From: the human T2T-CHM13v2.0 reference genome, Homo sapiens
Strand: one strand, 5' to 3'
Assembly (NCBI RefSeq): GCF_009914755.1
Contig: NC_060927.1
DNA: 64,000 nucleotides
The notes below the pieces were generated by a model. It saw nothing but the letters and a program-made list of their open reading frames with translations. It searched no databases and was not told the origin of the DNA. How positions within the stretch are numbered: the first letter of the stretch is position 1; every line of letters begins with the position of its first letter. Below, one piece after another: positions 23,701 to 38,700 of this stretch. Both the position numbers and the translations under genes were made by a program.

Positions 23701-26700
23701 ATTGGCCTCAAAGCTCTGAAATCTCCACTTGCAAATTCCACAAAAAGAGAGTTTCAAATCTGCTGTTTCTAAAGGAAAGTTCAACTCTGAGAGTTGAATA
23801 CACACCAGAAAAAGCAGTTACTGAGAAGTCTTCTGTCTAGCATTATATGAAGAAATCCCATTTCCAACGAAGACTTCAAAGAGGTCCAAATATCCACTTG
23901 CAGATTCTGCAAAAAGAGTGTTTCGAAACAACTCTATGAAAAGAAAGGTTAAACACTGTGAGTTGAACGCACACATTGCAAAGCAGTTTCTGAGAATGAT
24001 TCCGTCTAATTATTATACGAAGGTATTTCCTTTTCTATCATTGGCCTCAAAGCGCTTGATACCTCCACCTGAAAATTCCACAAAAAGAGTGTTTCCAATC
24101 TACTCTGTCTAAAGGAACGTTCAACTCTGTGAGTTGAATACACACACACTAAAAGAATTCACTGAGAATTCTTCTGTCTGGCATTACATGAAGAAATCCC
24201 GTTTCCAACGAAGGCCTCAAAGAGGTCCAAATATCCACTTGCAGATTCTGCAAAAAGAGTGTTTCAAAACCGCTCCATTAAAAGGAATGTTGAACTCTGT
24301 GAGTTGAATGCAAACATCACAACTCAGTTGCTGAGAATGCTTCTGACTAGATTTTATGGTAAGATATTTCCTTTTCTACCGTAGGCTTCAATGCCCTCTA
24401 AATACACCCTTGCAAATTCTACAAAGAGACTGTTTCATAACTGCTCTATAGGAAGAAAGGTTCAACTCTGTGAGTTGAATGCAGAGATCACAACGTGGTT
24501 TCTGCGAATGATTCTTTGTAGTTTTTACATGAAGATATTTCGTTGTCAACCGTAGGCTTCAAAGCACTCAAAGTATTCACTTGGAACTTTTACAAAAAGA
24601 GTGTTAGAAAACTGCTCTTTCCAAAGTAAGGTTCAACTCTGTGAGTTGAATGCACACATAACAATCAAGAAGTTTCTGAGAATTCTTCTGTCCTGGTTTA
24701 TATGAAGAAATCCCGTTTCCAACGAAGGCCTCAAAGACGTTTAAATATCCACTTGCAGACTTCACAAACAGAGGGTTTCCAAACTGCTCTATGAAAAGAA
24801 AGGTTAAACTCTGTGAGTTGAACGCACACATCACAAAGTAGCTTCTGAGAATGATACTGTCTAGTTTTTATACGAAGATATTTCCTTTCTACCATTGGCG
24901 TCAAAGCGCTAGAATTCTCCACTTGCAAATTCCACAAAAAGAGTGTTTCCAATCTGCTCTGTCTAAAGGAAGGTTCAACTCTGTGAGTTGAATACACACA
25001 CACAAAGAAGCTACTGAGAATTCTTTTGTCAAGAATTACAAGAAGAAATCCCGTTTCCAACGAAGGCCTCAAAGAGTTCCAAATATCCACTTGCACACTG
25101 CACAAACTAAGTCTTTCCAAACTGCTCTATGCAAAGAAATGTTCAACTCTGTGAGTTTAATACGCACATCACAAAGCAGTTTCTGAGAATGATACTGTCT
25201 AGTTTTTATACGAAGATATTTCCTTTTGTACCATTGGCCTCATACTGCTAGAATTTTCCACTTGCAAATTCCACAAAAAGAGTGTTTCCAATCCGCTCTG
25301 TCTAAAGGAAGGTTCAACTCTCTGATTTGAATACATACATCCCAAAAGAAGTTCCTGAGAATTCTTCTGTCTAGCATTATGTGAAGAAATCCCGTTTCCA
25401 ACGAAAGCCTCAAAGAGGTCCAAATATCCAGTTGCAGAATTTACAAACTGACTGTTTCCAAACTCATCTATGAAAAGAAAGGTTAAACTCTGGGAGTTGA
25501 ATGCACATATCACAAAGTAGTTCCTGAGAATGATTCTGTCTAGTTTTCATACGAAGATATTTCCTTTTCCACCAATGGCCTCAAAGTGCTTGAAATCTCC
25601 CCTTGCAAATTCCACAGACAAGTGTTTCAAATCTGCACTGTCTAAAGGAAGGTTCAACCCTGTGAGTTGAATACACACACACAGAAAAAAATTCACTGAG
25701 AATTCTATTGTCTATCATTACACGAAGAAATCCCGTTTACTACGAAGGCCTCAAAGAGGTCCAAATATCCAGCTGCAGACATTACAAACTGAGTGTTTCC
25801 AAAGTGCTCTATGAAAAGAAGTGTTAAACACTGTGAGTTCAATGCACACATCCCAAAGCAGTTTCTGAGAATGATTCCGTCTATTTTTTCTACGAAGATA
25901 TTTCCTTTTCTGCCGTTGGCCTCAAAGCGCTTGAAATCTCCACTTGCAAATTCCACAAAAAGAGAGTTTCAAATCTGCTCTGTCTAAAGGAAGGTTCAAC
26001 TCTGTGAGTTGAATACACACCACAAAAAGAAGTTACTGAGAATTCTTCTGTCTAGCATTATATGAAAAATCCCGTTTCCAACGAAGGCCACAAAGAGGTC
26101 CAAATATCCACTTGCAGATTCTGCAAAAAGAGTGTTTCCAAACTGCTCTATGAAAAGAAACGTTAAACTCTGTGAGTTGAACGCAAACATCACAAAGTAG
26201 TTTCTGAGAATGACTCCGTCTAGTTTTTATACGAAGATATTTCCTTTCCTACCATTCACTTCAAAGCGCTTGAAGTCTCCCCCTGAAAATTCCACAAAAA
26301 GTGTTTCCAATCTGCTCCGCCTAAAGGAAGCTTCAACTCTGTGACTTGAATACCCACAACCCAAAGAAGTTACTGAGAATTCTTCTGTCTAGCATTATAT
26401 GAAGAAATCCCGTTTCCAACGAAGGCCTCAAATACATCCAAATATCCAGTTGCTGACTTTACAAACTGAGTGTTTCCAAACTGCTCTATGAAAAGAAAGG
26501 TTAAACACTGTGAGTTGAACACACACGTACCAAAGTAGTTTCTGAGAATGATTCTGTCTAGTTTGCATACGAAGATATTTCCTTTTCTACCATTGGCCTC
26601 AAAGCTCTGAAATCTCCACTTGCAAATTCCACAAAAAGAGAGTTTCAAATCTGCTGTTTCTAAAGGAAAGTTCAACTCTGAGAGTTGAATACACACCAGA

Positions 26701-29700
26701 AAAAGCAGTTACTGAGAAGTCTTCTGTCTAGCATTATATGAAGAAATCCCATTTCCAACGAAGACTTCAAAGAGGTCCAAATATCCACTTGCAGATTCTG
26801 CAAAAAGAGTGTTTCGAAACAACTCTATGAAAAGAAAGGTTAAACACTGTGAGTTGAACGCACACATTGCAAAGCAGTTTCTGAGAATGATTCCGTCTAA
26901 TTATTATACGAAGGTATTTCCTTTTCTATCATTGGCCTCAAAGCGCTTGATACCTCCACCTGAAAATTCCACAAAAAGAGTGTTTCCAATCTACTCTGTC
27001 TAAAGGAACGTTCAACTCTGTGAGTTGAATACACACACACTAAAAGAATTCACTGAGAATTCTTCTGTCTGGCATTACATGAAGAAATCCCGTTTCCAAC
27101 GAAGGCCTCAAAGAGGTCCAAATATCCACTTGCAGATTCTGCAAAAAGAGTGTTTCAAAACCGCTCCATTAAAAGGAATGTTGAACTCTGTGAGTTGAAT
27201 GCAAACATCACAACTCAGTTGCTGAGAATGCTTCTGACTAGATTTTATGGTAAGATATTTCCTTTTCTACCGTAGGCTTCAATGCCCTCTAAATACACCC
27301 TTGCAAATTCTACAAAGAGACTGTTTCATAACTGCTCTATAGGAAGAAAGGTTCAACTCTGTGAGTTGAATGCAGAGATCACAACGTGGTTTCTGCGAAT
27401 GATTCTTTGTAGTTTTTACATGAAGATATTTCGTTGTCAACCGTAGGCTTCAAAGCACTCAAAGTATTCACTTGGAACTTTTACAAAAAGAGTGTTAGAA
27501 AACTGCTCTTTCCAAAGTAAGGTTCAACTCTGTGAGTTGAATGCACACATAACAATCAAGAAGTTTCTGAGAATTCTTCTGTCCTGGTTTATATGAAGAA
27601 ATCCCGTTTCCAACGAAGGCCTCAAAGACGTTTAAATATCCACTTGCAGACTTCACAAACAGAGGGTTTCCAAACTGCTCTATGAAAAGAAAGGTTAAAC
27701 TCTGTGAGTTGAACGCACACATCACAAAGTAGCTTCTGAGAATGATACTGTCTAGTTTTTATACGAAGATATTTCCTTTCTACCATTGGCGTCAAAGCGC
27801 TAGAATTCTCCACTTGCAAATTCCACAAAAAGAGTGTTTCCAATCTGCTCTGTCTAAAGGAAGGTTCAACTCTGTGAGTTGAATACACACACACAAAGAA
27901 GCTACTGAGAATTCTTTTGTCAAGAATTACAAGAAGAAATCCCGTTTCCAACGAAGGCCTCAAAGAGTTCCAAATATCCACTTGCACACTGCACAAACTA
28001 AGTCTTTCCAAACTGCTCTATGCAAAGAAATGTTCAACTCTGTGAGTTTAATACGCACATCACAAAGCAGTTTCTGAGAATGATACTGTCTAGTTTTTAT
28101 ACGAAGATATTTCCTTTTGTACCATTGGCCTCATACTGCTAGAATTTTCCACTTGCAAATTCCACAAAAAGAGTGTTTCCAATCCGCTCTGTCTAAAGGA
28201 AGGTTCAACTCTCTGATTTGAATACATACATCCCAAAAGAAGTTCCTGAGAATTCTTCTGTCTAGCATTATGTGAAGAAATCCCGTTTCCAACGAAAGCC
28301 TCAAAGAGGTCCAAATATCCAGTTGCAGAATTTACAAACTGACTGTTTCCAAACTCATCTATGAAAAGAAAGGTTAAACTCTGGGAGTTGAATGCACATA
28401 TCACAAAGTAGTTCCTGAGAATGATTCTGTCTAGTTTTCATACGAAGATATTTCCTTTTCCACCAATGGCCTCAAAGTGCTTGAAATCTCCCCTTGCAAA
28501 TTCCACAGACAAGTGTTTCAAATCTGCACTGTCTAAAGGAAGGTTCAACCCTGTGAGTTGAATACACACACACAGAAAAAAATTCACTGAGAATTCTATT
28601 GTCTATCATTACACGAAGAAATCCCGTTTACTACGAAGGCCTCAAAGAGGTCCAAATATCCAGCTGCAGACATTACAAACTGAGTGTTTCCAAAGTGCTC
28701 TATGAAAAGAAGTGTTAAACACTGTGAGTTCAATGCACACATCCCAAAGCAGTTTCTGAGAATGATTCCGTCTATTTTTTCTACGAAGATATTTCCTTTT
28801 CTGCCGTTGGCCTCAAAGCGCTTGAAATCTCCACTTGCAAATTCCACAAAAAGAGAGTTTCAAATCTGCTCTGTCTAAAGGAAGGTTCAACTCTGTGAGT
28901 TGAATACACACCACAAAAAGAAGTTACTGAGAATTCTTCTGTCTAGCATTATATGAAAAATCCCGTTTCCAACGAAGGCCACAAAGAGGTCCAAATATCC
29001 ACTTGCAGATTCTGCAAAAAGAGTGTTTCCAAACTGCTCTATGAAAAGAAACGTTAAACTCTGTGAGTTGAACGCAAACATCACAAAGTAGTTTCTGAGA
29101 ATGACTCCGTCTAGTTTTTATACGAAGATATTTCCTTTCCTACCATTCACTTCAAAGCGCTTGAAGTCTCCCCCTGAAAATTCCACAAAAAGTGTTTCCA
29201 ATCTGCTCTGCCTAAAGGAAGCTTCAACTCTGTGACTTGAATACCCACAACCCAAAGAAGTTACTGAGAATTCTTCTGTCTAGCATTATATGAAGAAATC
29301 CCGTTTCCAACGAAGGCCTCAAATACATCCAAATATCCAGTTGCTGACTTTACAAACTGAGTGTTTCCAAACTGCTCTATGAAAAGAAAGGTTAAACACT
29401 GTGAGTTGAACACACACGTACCAAAGTAGTTTCTGAGAATGATTCTGTCTAGTTTGCATACGAAGATATTTCCTTTTCTACCATTGGCCTCAAAGCTCTG
29501 AAATCTCCACTTGCAAATTCCACAAAAAGAGAGTTTCAAATCTGCTGTTTCTAAAGGAAAGTTCAACTCTGAGAGTTGAATACACACCAGAAAAAGCAGT
29601 TACTGAGAAGTCTTCTGTCTAGCATTATATGAAGAAATCCCATTTCCAACGAAGACTTCAAAGAGGTCCAAATATCCACTTGCAGATTCTGCAAAAAGAG

Positions 29701-32700
29701 TGTTTCGAAACAACTGTATGAAAAGAAAGGTTAAACACTGTGAGTTGAACGCACACATTGCAAAGCAGTTTCTGAGAATGATTCCGTCTAATTATTATAC
29801 GAAGGTATTTCCTTTTCTATCATTGGCCTCAAAGCGCTTGATACCTCCACCTGAAAATTCCACAAAAAGAGTGTTTCCAATCTACTCTGTCTAAAGGAAC
29901 GTTCAACTCTGTGAGTTGAATACACACACACAGAAAGAATTCACTGAGAATTCTTCTGTCTGGCATTACATGAAGAAATCCCGTTTCCAACGAAGGCCTC
30001 AAAGAGGTCCAAATATCCACTTGCAGATTCTGCAAAAAGAGTGTTTCAAAACCGCTCCATTAAAAGGAATGTTGAACTCTGTGAGTTGAATGCAAACATC
30101 ACAACTCAGTTGCTGAGAATGCTTCTGACTAGATTTTATGGTAAGATATTTCCTTTTCTACCGTAGGCTTCAATGCCCTCTAAATACACCCTTGCAAATT
30201 CTACAAAGAGACTGTTTCATAACTGCTCTATAGGAAGAAAGGTTCAACTCTGTGAGTTGAATGCAGAGATCACAACGTGGTTTCTGCGAATGATTCTTTG
30301 TAGTTTTTACATGAAGATATTTCGTTGTCAACCGTAGGCTTCAAAGCACTCAAAGTATTCACTTGGAACTTTTACAAAAAGAGTGTTAGAAAACTGCTCT
30401 TTCCAAAGTAAGGTTCAACTCTGTGAGTTGAATGCACACATAACAATCAAGAAGTTTCTGAGAATTCTTCTGTCCTGGTTTATATGAAGAAATCCCGTTT
30501 CCAACGAAGGCCTCAAAGACGTTTAAATATCCACTTGCAGACTTCACAAACAGAGGGTTTCCAAACTGCTCTATGAAAAGAAAGGTTAAACTCTGTGAGT
30601 TGAACGCACACATCACAAAGTAGCTTCTGAGAATGATACTGTCTAGTTTTTATACGAAGATATTTCCTTTCTACCATTGGCGTCAAAGCGCTAGAATTCT
30701 CCACTTGCAAATTCCACAAAAAGAGTGTTTCCAATCTGCTCTGTCTAAAGGAAGGTTCAACTCTGTGAGTTGAATACACACACACAAAGAAGCTACTGAG
30801 AATTCTTTTGTCAAGAATTACAAGAAGAAATCCCGTTTCCAACGAAGGCCTCAAAGAGTTCCAAATATCCACTTGCACACTGCACAAACTAAGTCTTTCC
30901 AAACTGCTCTATGCAAAGAAATGTTCAACTCTGTGAGTTTAATACGCACATCACAAAGCAGTTTCTGAGAATGATACTGTCTAGTTTTTATACGAAGATA
31001 TTTCCTTTTGTACCATTGGCCTCATACTGCTAGAATTTTCCACTTGCAAATTCCACAAAAAGAGTGTTTCCAATCCGCTCTGTCTAAAGGAAGGTTCAAC
31101 TCTCTGATTTGAATACATACATCCCAAAAGAAGTTCCTGAGAATTCTTCTGTCTAGCATTATGTGAAGAAATCCCGTTTCCAACGAAAGCCTCAAAGAGG
31201 TCCAAATATCCAGTTGCAGAATTTACAAACTGACTGTTTCCAAACTCATCTATGAAAAGAAAGGTTAAACTCTGGGAGTTGAATGCACATATCACAAAGT
31301 AGTTCCTGAGAATGATTCTGTCTAGTTTTCATACGAAGATATTTCCTTTTCCACCAATGGCCTCAAAGTGCTTGAAATCTCCCCTTGCAAATTCCACAGA
31401 CAAGTGTTTCAAATCTGCACTGTCTAAAGGAAGGTTCAACCCTGTGAGTTGAATACACACACACAGAAAAAAATTCACTGAGAATTCTATTGTCTATCAT
31501 TACACGAAGAAATCCCGTTTACTACGAAGGCCTCAAAGAGGTCCAAATATCCAGCTGCAGACATTACAAACTGAGTGTTTCCAAAGTGCTCTATGAAAAG
31601 AAGTGTTAAACACTGTGAGTTCAATGCACACATCCCAAAGCAGTTTCTGAGAATGATTCCGTCTATTTTTTCTACGAAGATATTTCCTTTTCTGCCGTTG
31701 GCCTCAAAGCGCTTGAAATCTCCACTTGCAAATTCCACAAAAAGAGAGTTTCAAATCTGCTCTGTCTAAAGGAAGGTTCAACTCTGTGAGTTGAATACAC
31801 ACCACAAAAAGAAGTTACTGAGAATTCTTCTGTCTAGCATTATATGAAAAATCCCGTTTCCAACGAAGGCCACAAAGAGGTCCAAATATCCACTTGCAGA
31901 TTCTGCAAAAAGAGTGTTTCCAAACTGCTCTATGAAAAGAAACGTTAAACTCTGTGAGTTGAACGCAAACATCACAAAGTAGTTTCTGAGAATGACTCCG
32001 TCTAGTTTTTATACGAAGATATTTCCTTTCCTACCATTCACTTCAAAGCGCTTGAAGTCTCCCCCTGAAAATTCCACAAAAAGTGTTTCCAATCTGCTCT
32101 GCCTAAAGGAAGCTTCAACTCTGTGACTTGAATACCCACAACCCAAAGAAGTTACTGAGAATTCTTCTGTCTAGCATTATATGAAGAAATCCCGTTTCCA
32201 ACGAAGGCCTCAAATACATCCAAATATCCAGTTGCTGACTTTACAAACTGAGTGTTTCCAAACTGCTCTATGAAAAGAAAGGTTAAACACTGTGAGTTGA
32301 ACACACACGTACCAAAGTAGTTTCTGAGAATGATTCTGTCTAGTTTGCATACGAAGATATTTCCTTTTCTACCATTGGCCTCAAAGCTCTGAAATCTCCA
32401 CTTGCAAATTCCACAAAAAGAGAGTTTCAAATCTGCTGTTTCTAAAGGAAAGTTCAACTCTGAGAGTTGAATACACACCAGAAAAAGCAGTTACTGAGAA
32501 GTCTTCTGTCTAGCATTATATGAAGAAATCCCATTTCCAACGAAGACTTCAAAGAGGTCCAAATATCCACTTGCAGATTCTGCAAAAAGAGTGTTTCGAA
32601 ACAACTGTATGAAAAGAAAGGTTAAACACTGTGAGTTGAACGCACACATTGCAAAGCAGTTTCTGAGAATGATTCCGTCTAATTATTATACGAAGGTATT

Positions 32701-35700
32701 TCCTTTTCTATCATTGGCCTCAAAGCGCTTGATACCTCCACCTGAAAATTCCACAAAAAGAGTGTTTCCAATCTACTCTGTCTAAAGGAACGTTCAACTC
32801 TGTGAGTTGAATACACACACACAGAAAGAATTCACTGAGAATTCTTCTGTCTGGCATTACATGAAGAAATCCCGTTTCCAACGAAGGCCTCAAAGAGGTC
32901 CAAATATCCACTTGCAGATTCTGCAAAAAGAGTGTTTCAAAACCGCTCCATTAAAAGGAATGTTGAACTCTGTGAGTTGAATGCAAACATCACAACTCAG
33001 TTGCTGAGAATGCTTCTGACTAGATTTTATGGTAAGATATTTCCTTTTCTACCGTAGGCTTCAATGCCCTCTAAATACACCCTTGCAAATTCTACAAAGA
33101 GACTGTTTCATAACTGCTCTATAGGAAGAAAGGTTCAACTCTGTGAGTTGAATGCAGAGATCACAACGTGGTTTCTGCGAATGATTCTTTGTAGTTTTTA
33201 CATGAAGATATTTCGTTGTCAACCGTAGGCTTCAAAGCACTCAAAGTATTCACTTGGAACTTTTACAAAAAGAGTGTTAGAAAACTGCTCTTTCCAAAGT
33301 AAGGTTCAACTCTGTGAGTTGAATGCACACATAACAATCAAGAAGTTTCTGAGAATTCTTCTGTCCTGGTTTATATGAAGAAATCCCGTTTCCAACGAAG
33401 GCCTCAAAGACGTTTAAATATCCACTTGCAGACTTCACAAACAGAGGGTTTCCAAACTGCTCTATGAAAAGAAAGGTTAAACTCTGTGAGTTGAACGCAC
33501 ACATCACAAAGTAGCTTCTGAGAATGATACTGTCTAGTTTTTATACGAAGATATTTCCTTTCTACCATTGGCGTCAAAGCGCTAGAATTCTCCACTTGCA
33601 AATTCCACAAAAAGAGTGTTTCCAATCTGCTCTGTCTAAAGGAAGGTTCAACTCTGTGAGTTGAATACACACACACAAAGAAGCTACTGAGAATTCTTTT
33701 GTCAAGAATTACAAGAAGAAATCCCGTTTCCAACGAAGGCCTCAAAGAGTTCCAAATATCCACTTGCACACTGCACAAACTAAGTCTTTCCAAACTGCTC
33801 TATGCAAAGAAATGTTCAACTCTGTGAGTTTAATACGCACATCACAAAGCAGTTTCTGAGAATGATACTGTCTAGTTTTTATACGAAGATATTTCCTTTT
33901 GTACCATTGGCCTCATACTGCTAGAATTTTCCACTTGCAAATTCCACAAAAAGAGTGTTTCCAATCCGCTCTGTCTAAAGGAAGGTTCAACTCTCTGATT
34001 TGAATACATACATCCCAAAAGAAGTTCCTGAGAATTCTTCTGTCTAGCATTATGTGAAGAAATCCCGTTTCCAACGAAAGCCTCAAAGAGGTCCAAATAT
34101 CCAGTTGCAGAATTTACAAACTGACTGTTTCCAAACTCATCTATGAAAAGAAAGGTTAAACTCTGGGAGTTGAATGCACATATCACAAAGTAGTTCCTGA
34201 GAATGATTCTGTCTAGTTTTCATACGAAGATATTTCCTTTTCCACCAATGGCCTCAAAGTGCTTGAAATCTCCCCTTGCAAATTCCACAGACAAGTGTTT
34301 CAAATCTGCACTGTCTAAAGGAAGGTTCAACCCTGTGAGTTGAATACACACACACAGAAAAAAATTCACTGAGAATTCTATTGTCTATCATTACACGAAG
34401 AAATCCCGTTTACTACGAAGGCCTCAAAGAGGTCCAAATATCCAGCTGCAGACATTACAAACTGAGTGTTTCCAAAGTGCTCTATGAAAAGAAGTGTTAA
34501 ACACTGTGAGTTCAATGCACACATCCCAAAGCAGTTTCTGAGAATGATTCCGTCTATTTTTTCTACGAAGATATTTCCTTTTCTGCCGTTGGCCTCAAAG
34601 CGCTTGAAATCTCCACTTGCAAATTCCACAAAAAGAGAGTTTCAAATCTGCTCTGTCTAAAGGAAGGTTCAACTCTGTGAGTTGAATACACACCACAAAA
34701 AGAAGTTACTGAGAATTCTTCTGTCTAGCATTATATGAAAAATCCCGTTTCCAACGAAGGCCACAAAGAGGTCCAAATATCCACTTGCAGATTCTGCAAA
34801 AAGAGTGTTTCCAAACTGCTCTATGAAAAGAAACGTTAAACTCTGTGAGTTGAACGCAAACATCACAAAGTAGTTTCTGAGAATGACTCCGTCTAGTTTT
34901 TATACGAAGATATTTCCTTTCCTACCATTCACTTCAAAGCGCTTGAAGTCTCCCCCTGAAAATTCCACAAAAAGTGTTTCCAATCTGCTCTGCCTAAAGG
35001 AAGCTTCAACTCTGTGACTTGAATACCCACAACCCAAAGAAGTTACTGAGAATTCTTCTGTCTAGCATTATATGAAGAAATCCCGTTTCCAACGAAGGCC
35101 TCAAATACATCCAAATATCCAGTTGCTGACTTTACAAACTGAGTGTTTCCAAACTGCTCTATGAAAAGAAAGGTTAAACACTGTGAGTTGAACACACACG
35201 TACCAAAGTAGTTTCTGAGAATGATTCTGTCTAGTTTGCATACGAAGATATTTCCTTTTCTACCATTGGCCTCAAAGCTCTGAAATCTCCACTTGCAAAT
35301 TCCACAAAAAGAGAGTTTCAAATCTGCTGTTTCTAAAGGAAAGTTCAACTCTGAGAGTTGAATACACACCAGAAAAAGCAGTTACTGAGAAGTCTTCTGT
35401 CTAGCATTATATGAAGAAATCCCATTTCCAACGAAGACTTCAAAGAGGTCCAAATATCCACTTGCAGATTCTGCAAAAAGAGTGTTTCGAAACAACTGTA
35501 TGAAAAGAAAGGTTAAACACTGTGAGTTGAACGCACACATTGCAAAGCAGTTTCTGAGAATGATTCCGTCTAATTATTATACGAAGGTATTTCCTTTTCT
35601 ATCATTGGCCTCAAAGCGCTTGATACCTCCACCTGAAAATTCCACAAAAAGAGTGTTTCCAATCTACTCTGTCTAAAGGAACGTTCAACTCTGTGAGTTG

Positions 35701-38700
35701 AATACACACACACAGAAAGAATTCACTGAGAATTCTTCTGTCTGGCATTACGTGAAGAAATCCCGTTTCCAACGAAGGCCTCAAAGAGGTCCAAATATCC
35801 ACTTGCAGATTCTGCAAAAAGAGTGTTTCAAAACCGCTCCATTAAAAGGAATGTTGAACTCTGTGAGTTGAATGCAAACATCACAACTCAGTTGCTGAGA
35901 ATGCTTCTGACTAGATTTTATGGTAAGATATTTCCTTTTCTACCGTAGGCTTCAATGCCCTCTAAATACACCCTTGCAAATTCTACAAAGAGACTGTTTC
36001 ATAACTGCTCTATAGGAAGAAAGGTTCAACTCTGTGAGTTGAATGCAGAGATCACAACGTGGTTTCTGCGAATGATTCTTTGTAGTTTTTACATGAAGAT
36101 ATTTCGTTGTCAACCGTAGGCTTCAAAGCACTCAAAGTATTCACTTGGAACTTTTACAAAAAGAGTGTTAGAAAACTGCTCTTTCCAAAGTAAGGTTCAA
36201 CTCTGTGAGTTGAATGCACACATAACAATCAAGAAGTTTCTGAGAATTCTTCTGTCCTGGTTTATATGAAGAAATCCCGTTTCCAACGAAGGCCTCAAAG
36301 ACGTTTAAATATCCACTTGCAGACTTCACAAACAGAGGGTTTCCAAACTGCTCTATGAAAAGAAAGGTTAAACTCTGTGAGTTGAACGCACACATCACAA
36401 AGTAGCTTCTGAGAATGATACTGTCTAGTTTTTATACGAAGATATTTCCTTTCTACCATTGGCGTCAAAGCGCTAGAATTCTCCACTTGCAAATTCCACA
36501 AAAAGAGTGTTTCCAATCTGCTCTGTCTAAAGGAAGGTTCAACTCTGTGAGTTGAATACACACACACAAAGAAGCTACTGAGAATTCTTTTGTCAAGAAT
36601 TACAAGAAGAAATCCCGTTTCCAACGAAGGCCTCAAAGAGTTCCAAATATCCACTTGCACACTGCACAAACTAAGTCTTTCCAAACTGCTCTATGCAAAG
36701 AAATGTTCAACTCTGTGAGTTTAATACGCACATCACAAAGCAGTTTCTGAGAATGATACTGTCTAGTTTTTATACGAAGATATTTCCTTTTGTACCATTG
36801 GCCTCATACTGCTAGAATTTTCCACTTGCAAATTCCACAAAAAGAGTGTTTCCAATCCGCTCTGTCTAAAGGAAGGTTCAACTCTCTGATTTGAATACAT
36901 ACATCCCAAAAGAAGTTCCTGAGAATTCTTCTGTCTAGCATTATGTGAAGAAATCCCGTTTCCAACGAAAGCCTCAAAGAGGTCCAAATATCCAGTTGCA
37001 GAATTTACAAACTGACTGTTTCCAAACTCATCTATGAAAAGAAAGGTTAAACTCTGGGAGTTGAATGCACATATCACAAAGTAGTTCCTGAGAATGATTC
37101 TGTCTAGTTTTCATACGAAGATATTTCCTTTTCCACCAATGGCCTCAAAGTGCTTGAAATCTCCCCTTGCAAATTCCACAGACAAGTGTTTCAAATCTGC
37201 ACTGTCTAAAGGAAGGTTCAACCCTGTGAGTTGAATACACACACACAGAAAAAAATTCACTGAGAATTCTATTGTCTATCATTACACGAAGAAATCCCGT
37301 TTACTACGAAGGCCTCAAAGAGGTCCAAATATCCAGCTGCAGACATTACAAACTGAGTGTTTCCAAAGTGCTCTATGAAAAGAAGTGTTAAACACTGTGA
37401 GTTCAATGCACACATCCCAAAGCAGTTTCTGAGAATGATTCCGTCTATTTTTTCTACGAAGATATTTCCTTTTCTGCCGTTGGCCTCAAAGCGCTTGAAA
37501 TCTCCACTTGCAAATTCCACAAAAAGAGAGTTTCAAATCTGCTCTGTCTAAAGGAAGGTTCAACTCTGTGAGTTGAATACACACCACAAAAAGAAGTTAC
37601 TGAGAATTCTTCTGTCTAGCATTATATGAAAAATCCCGTTTCCAACGAAGGCCACAAAGAGGTCCAAATATCCACTTGCAGATTCTGCAAAAAGAGTGTT
37701 TCCAAACTGCTCTATGAAAAGAAACGTTAAACTCTGTGAGTTGAACGCAAACATCACAAAGTAGTTTCTGAGAATGACTCCGTCTAGTTTTTATACGAAG
37801 ATATTTCCTTTCCTACCATTCACTTCAAAGCGCTTGAAGTCTCCCCCTGAAAATTCCACAAAAAGTGTTTCCAATCTGCTCTGCCTAAAGGAAGCTTCAA
37901 CTCTGTGACTTGAATACCCACAACCCAAAGAAGTTACTGAGAATTCTTCTGTCTAGCATTATATGAAGAAATCCCGTTTCCAACGAAGGCCTCAAATACA
38001 TCCAAATATCCAGTTGCTGACTTTACAAACTGAGTGTTTCCAAACTGCTCTATGAAAAGAAAGGTTAAACACTGTGAGTTGAACACACACGTACCAAAGT
38101 AGTTTCTGAGAATGATTCTGTCTAGTTTGCATACGAAGATATTTCCTTTTCTACCATTGGCCTCAAAGCTCTGAAATCTCCACTTGCAAATTCCACAAAA
38201 AGAGAGTTTCAAATCTGCTGTTTCTAAAGGAAAGTTCAACTCTGAGAGTTGAATACACACCAGAAAAAGCAGTTACTGAGAAGTCTTCTGTCTAGCATTA
38301 TATGAAGAAATCCCATTTCCAACGAAGACTTCAAAGAGGTCCAAATATCCACTTGCAGATTCTGCAAAAAGAGTGTTTCGAAACAACTGTATGAAAAGAA
38401 AGGTTAAACACTGTGAGTTGAACGCACACATTGCAAAGCAGTTTCTGAGAATGATTCCGTCTAATTATTATACGAAGGTATTTCCTTTTCTATCATTGGC
38501 CTCAAAGCGCTTGATACCTCCACCTGAAAATTCCACAAAAAGAGTGTTTCCAATCTACTCTGTCTAAAGGAACGTTCAACTCTGTGAGTTGAATACACAC
38601 ACACAGAAAGAATTCACTGAGAATTCTTCTGTCTGGCATTACATGAAGAAATCCCGTTTCCAACGAAGGCCTCAAAGAGGTCCAAATATCCACTTGCAGA

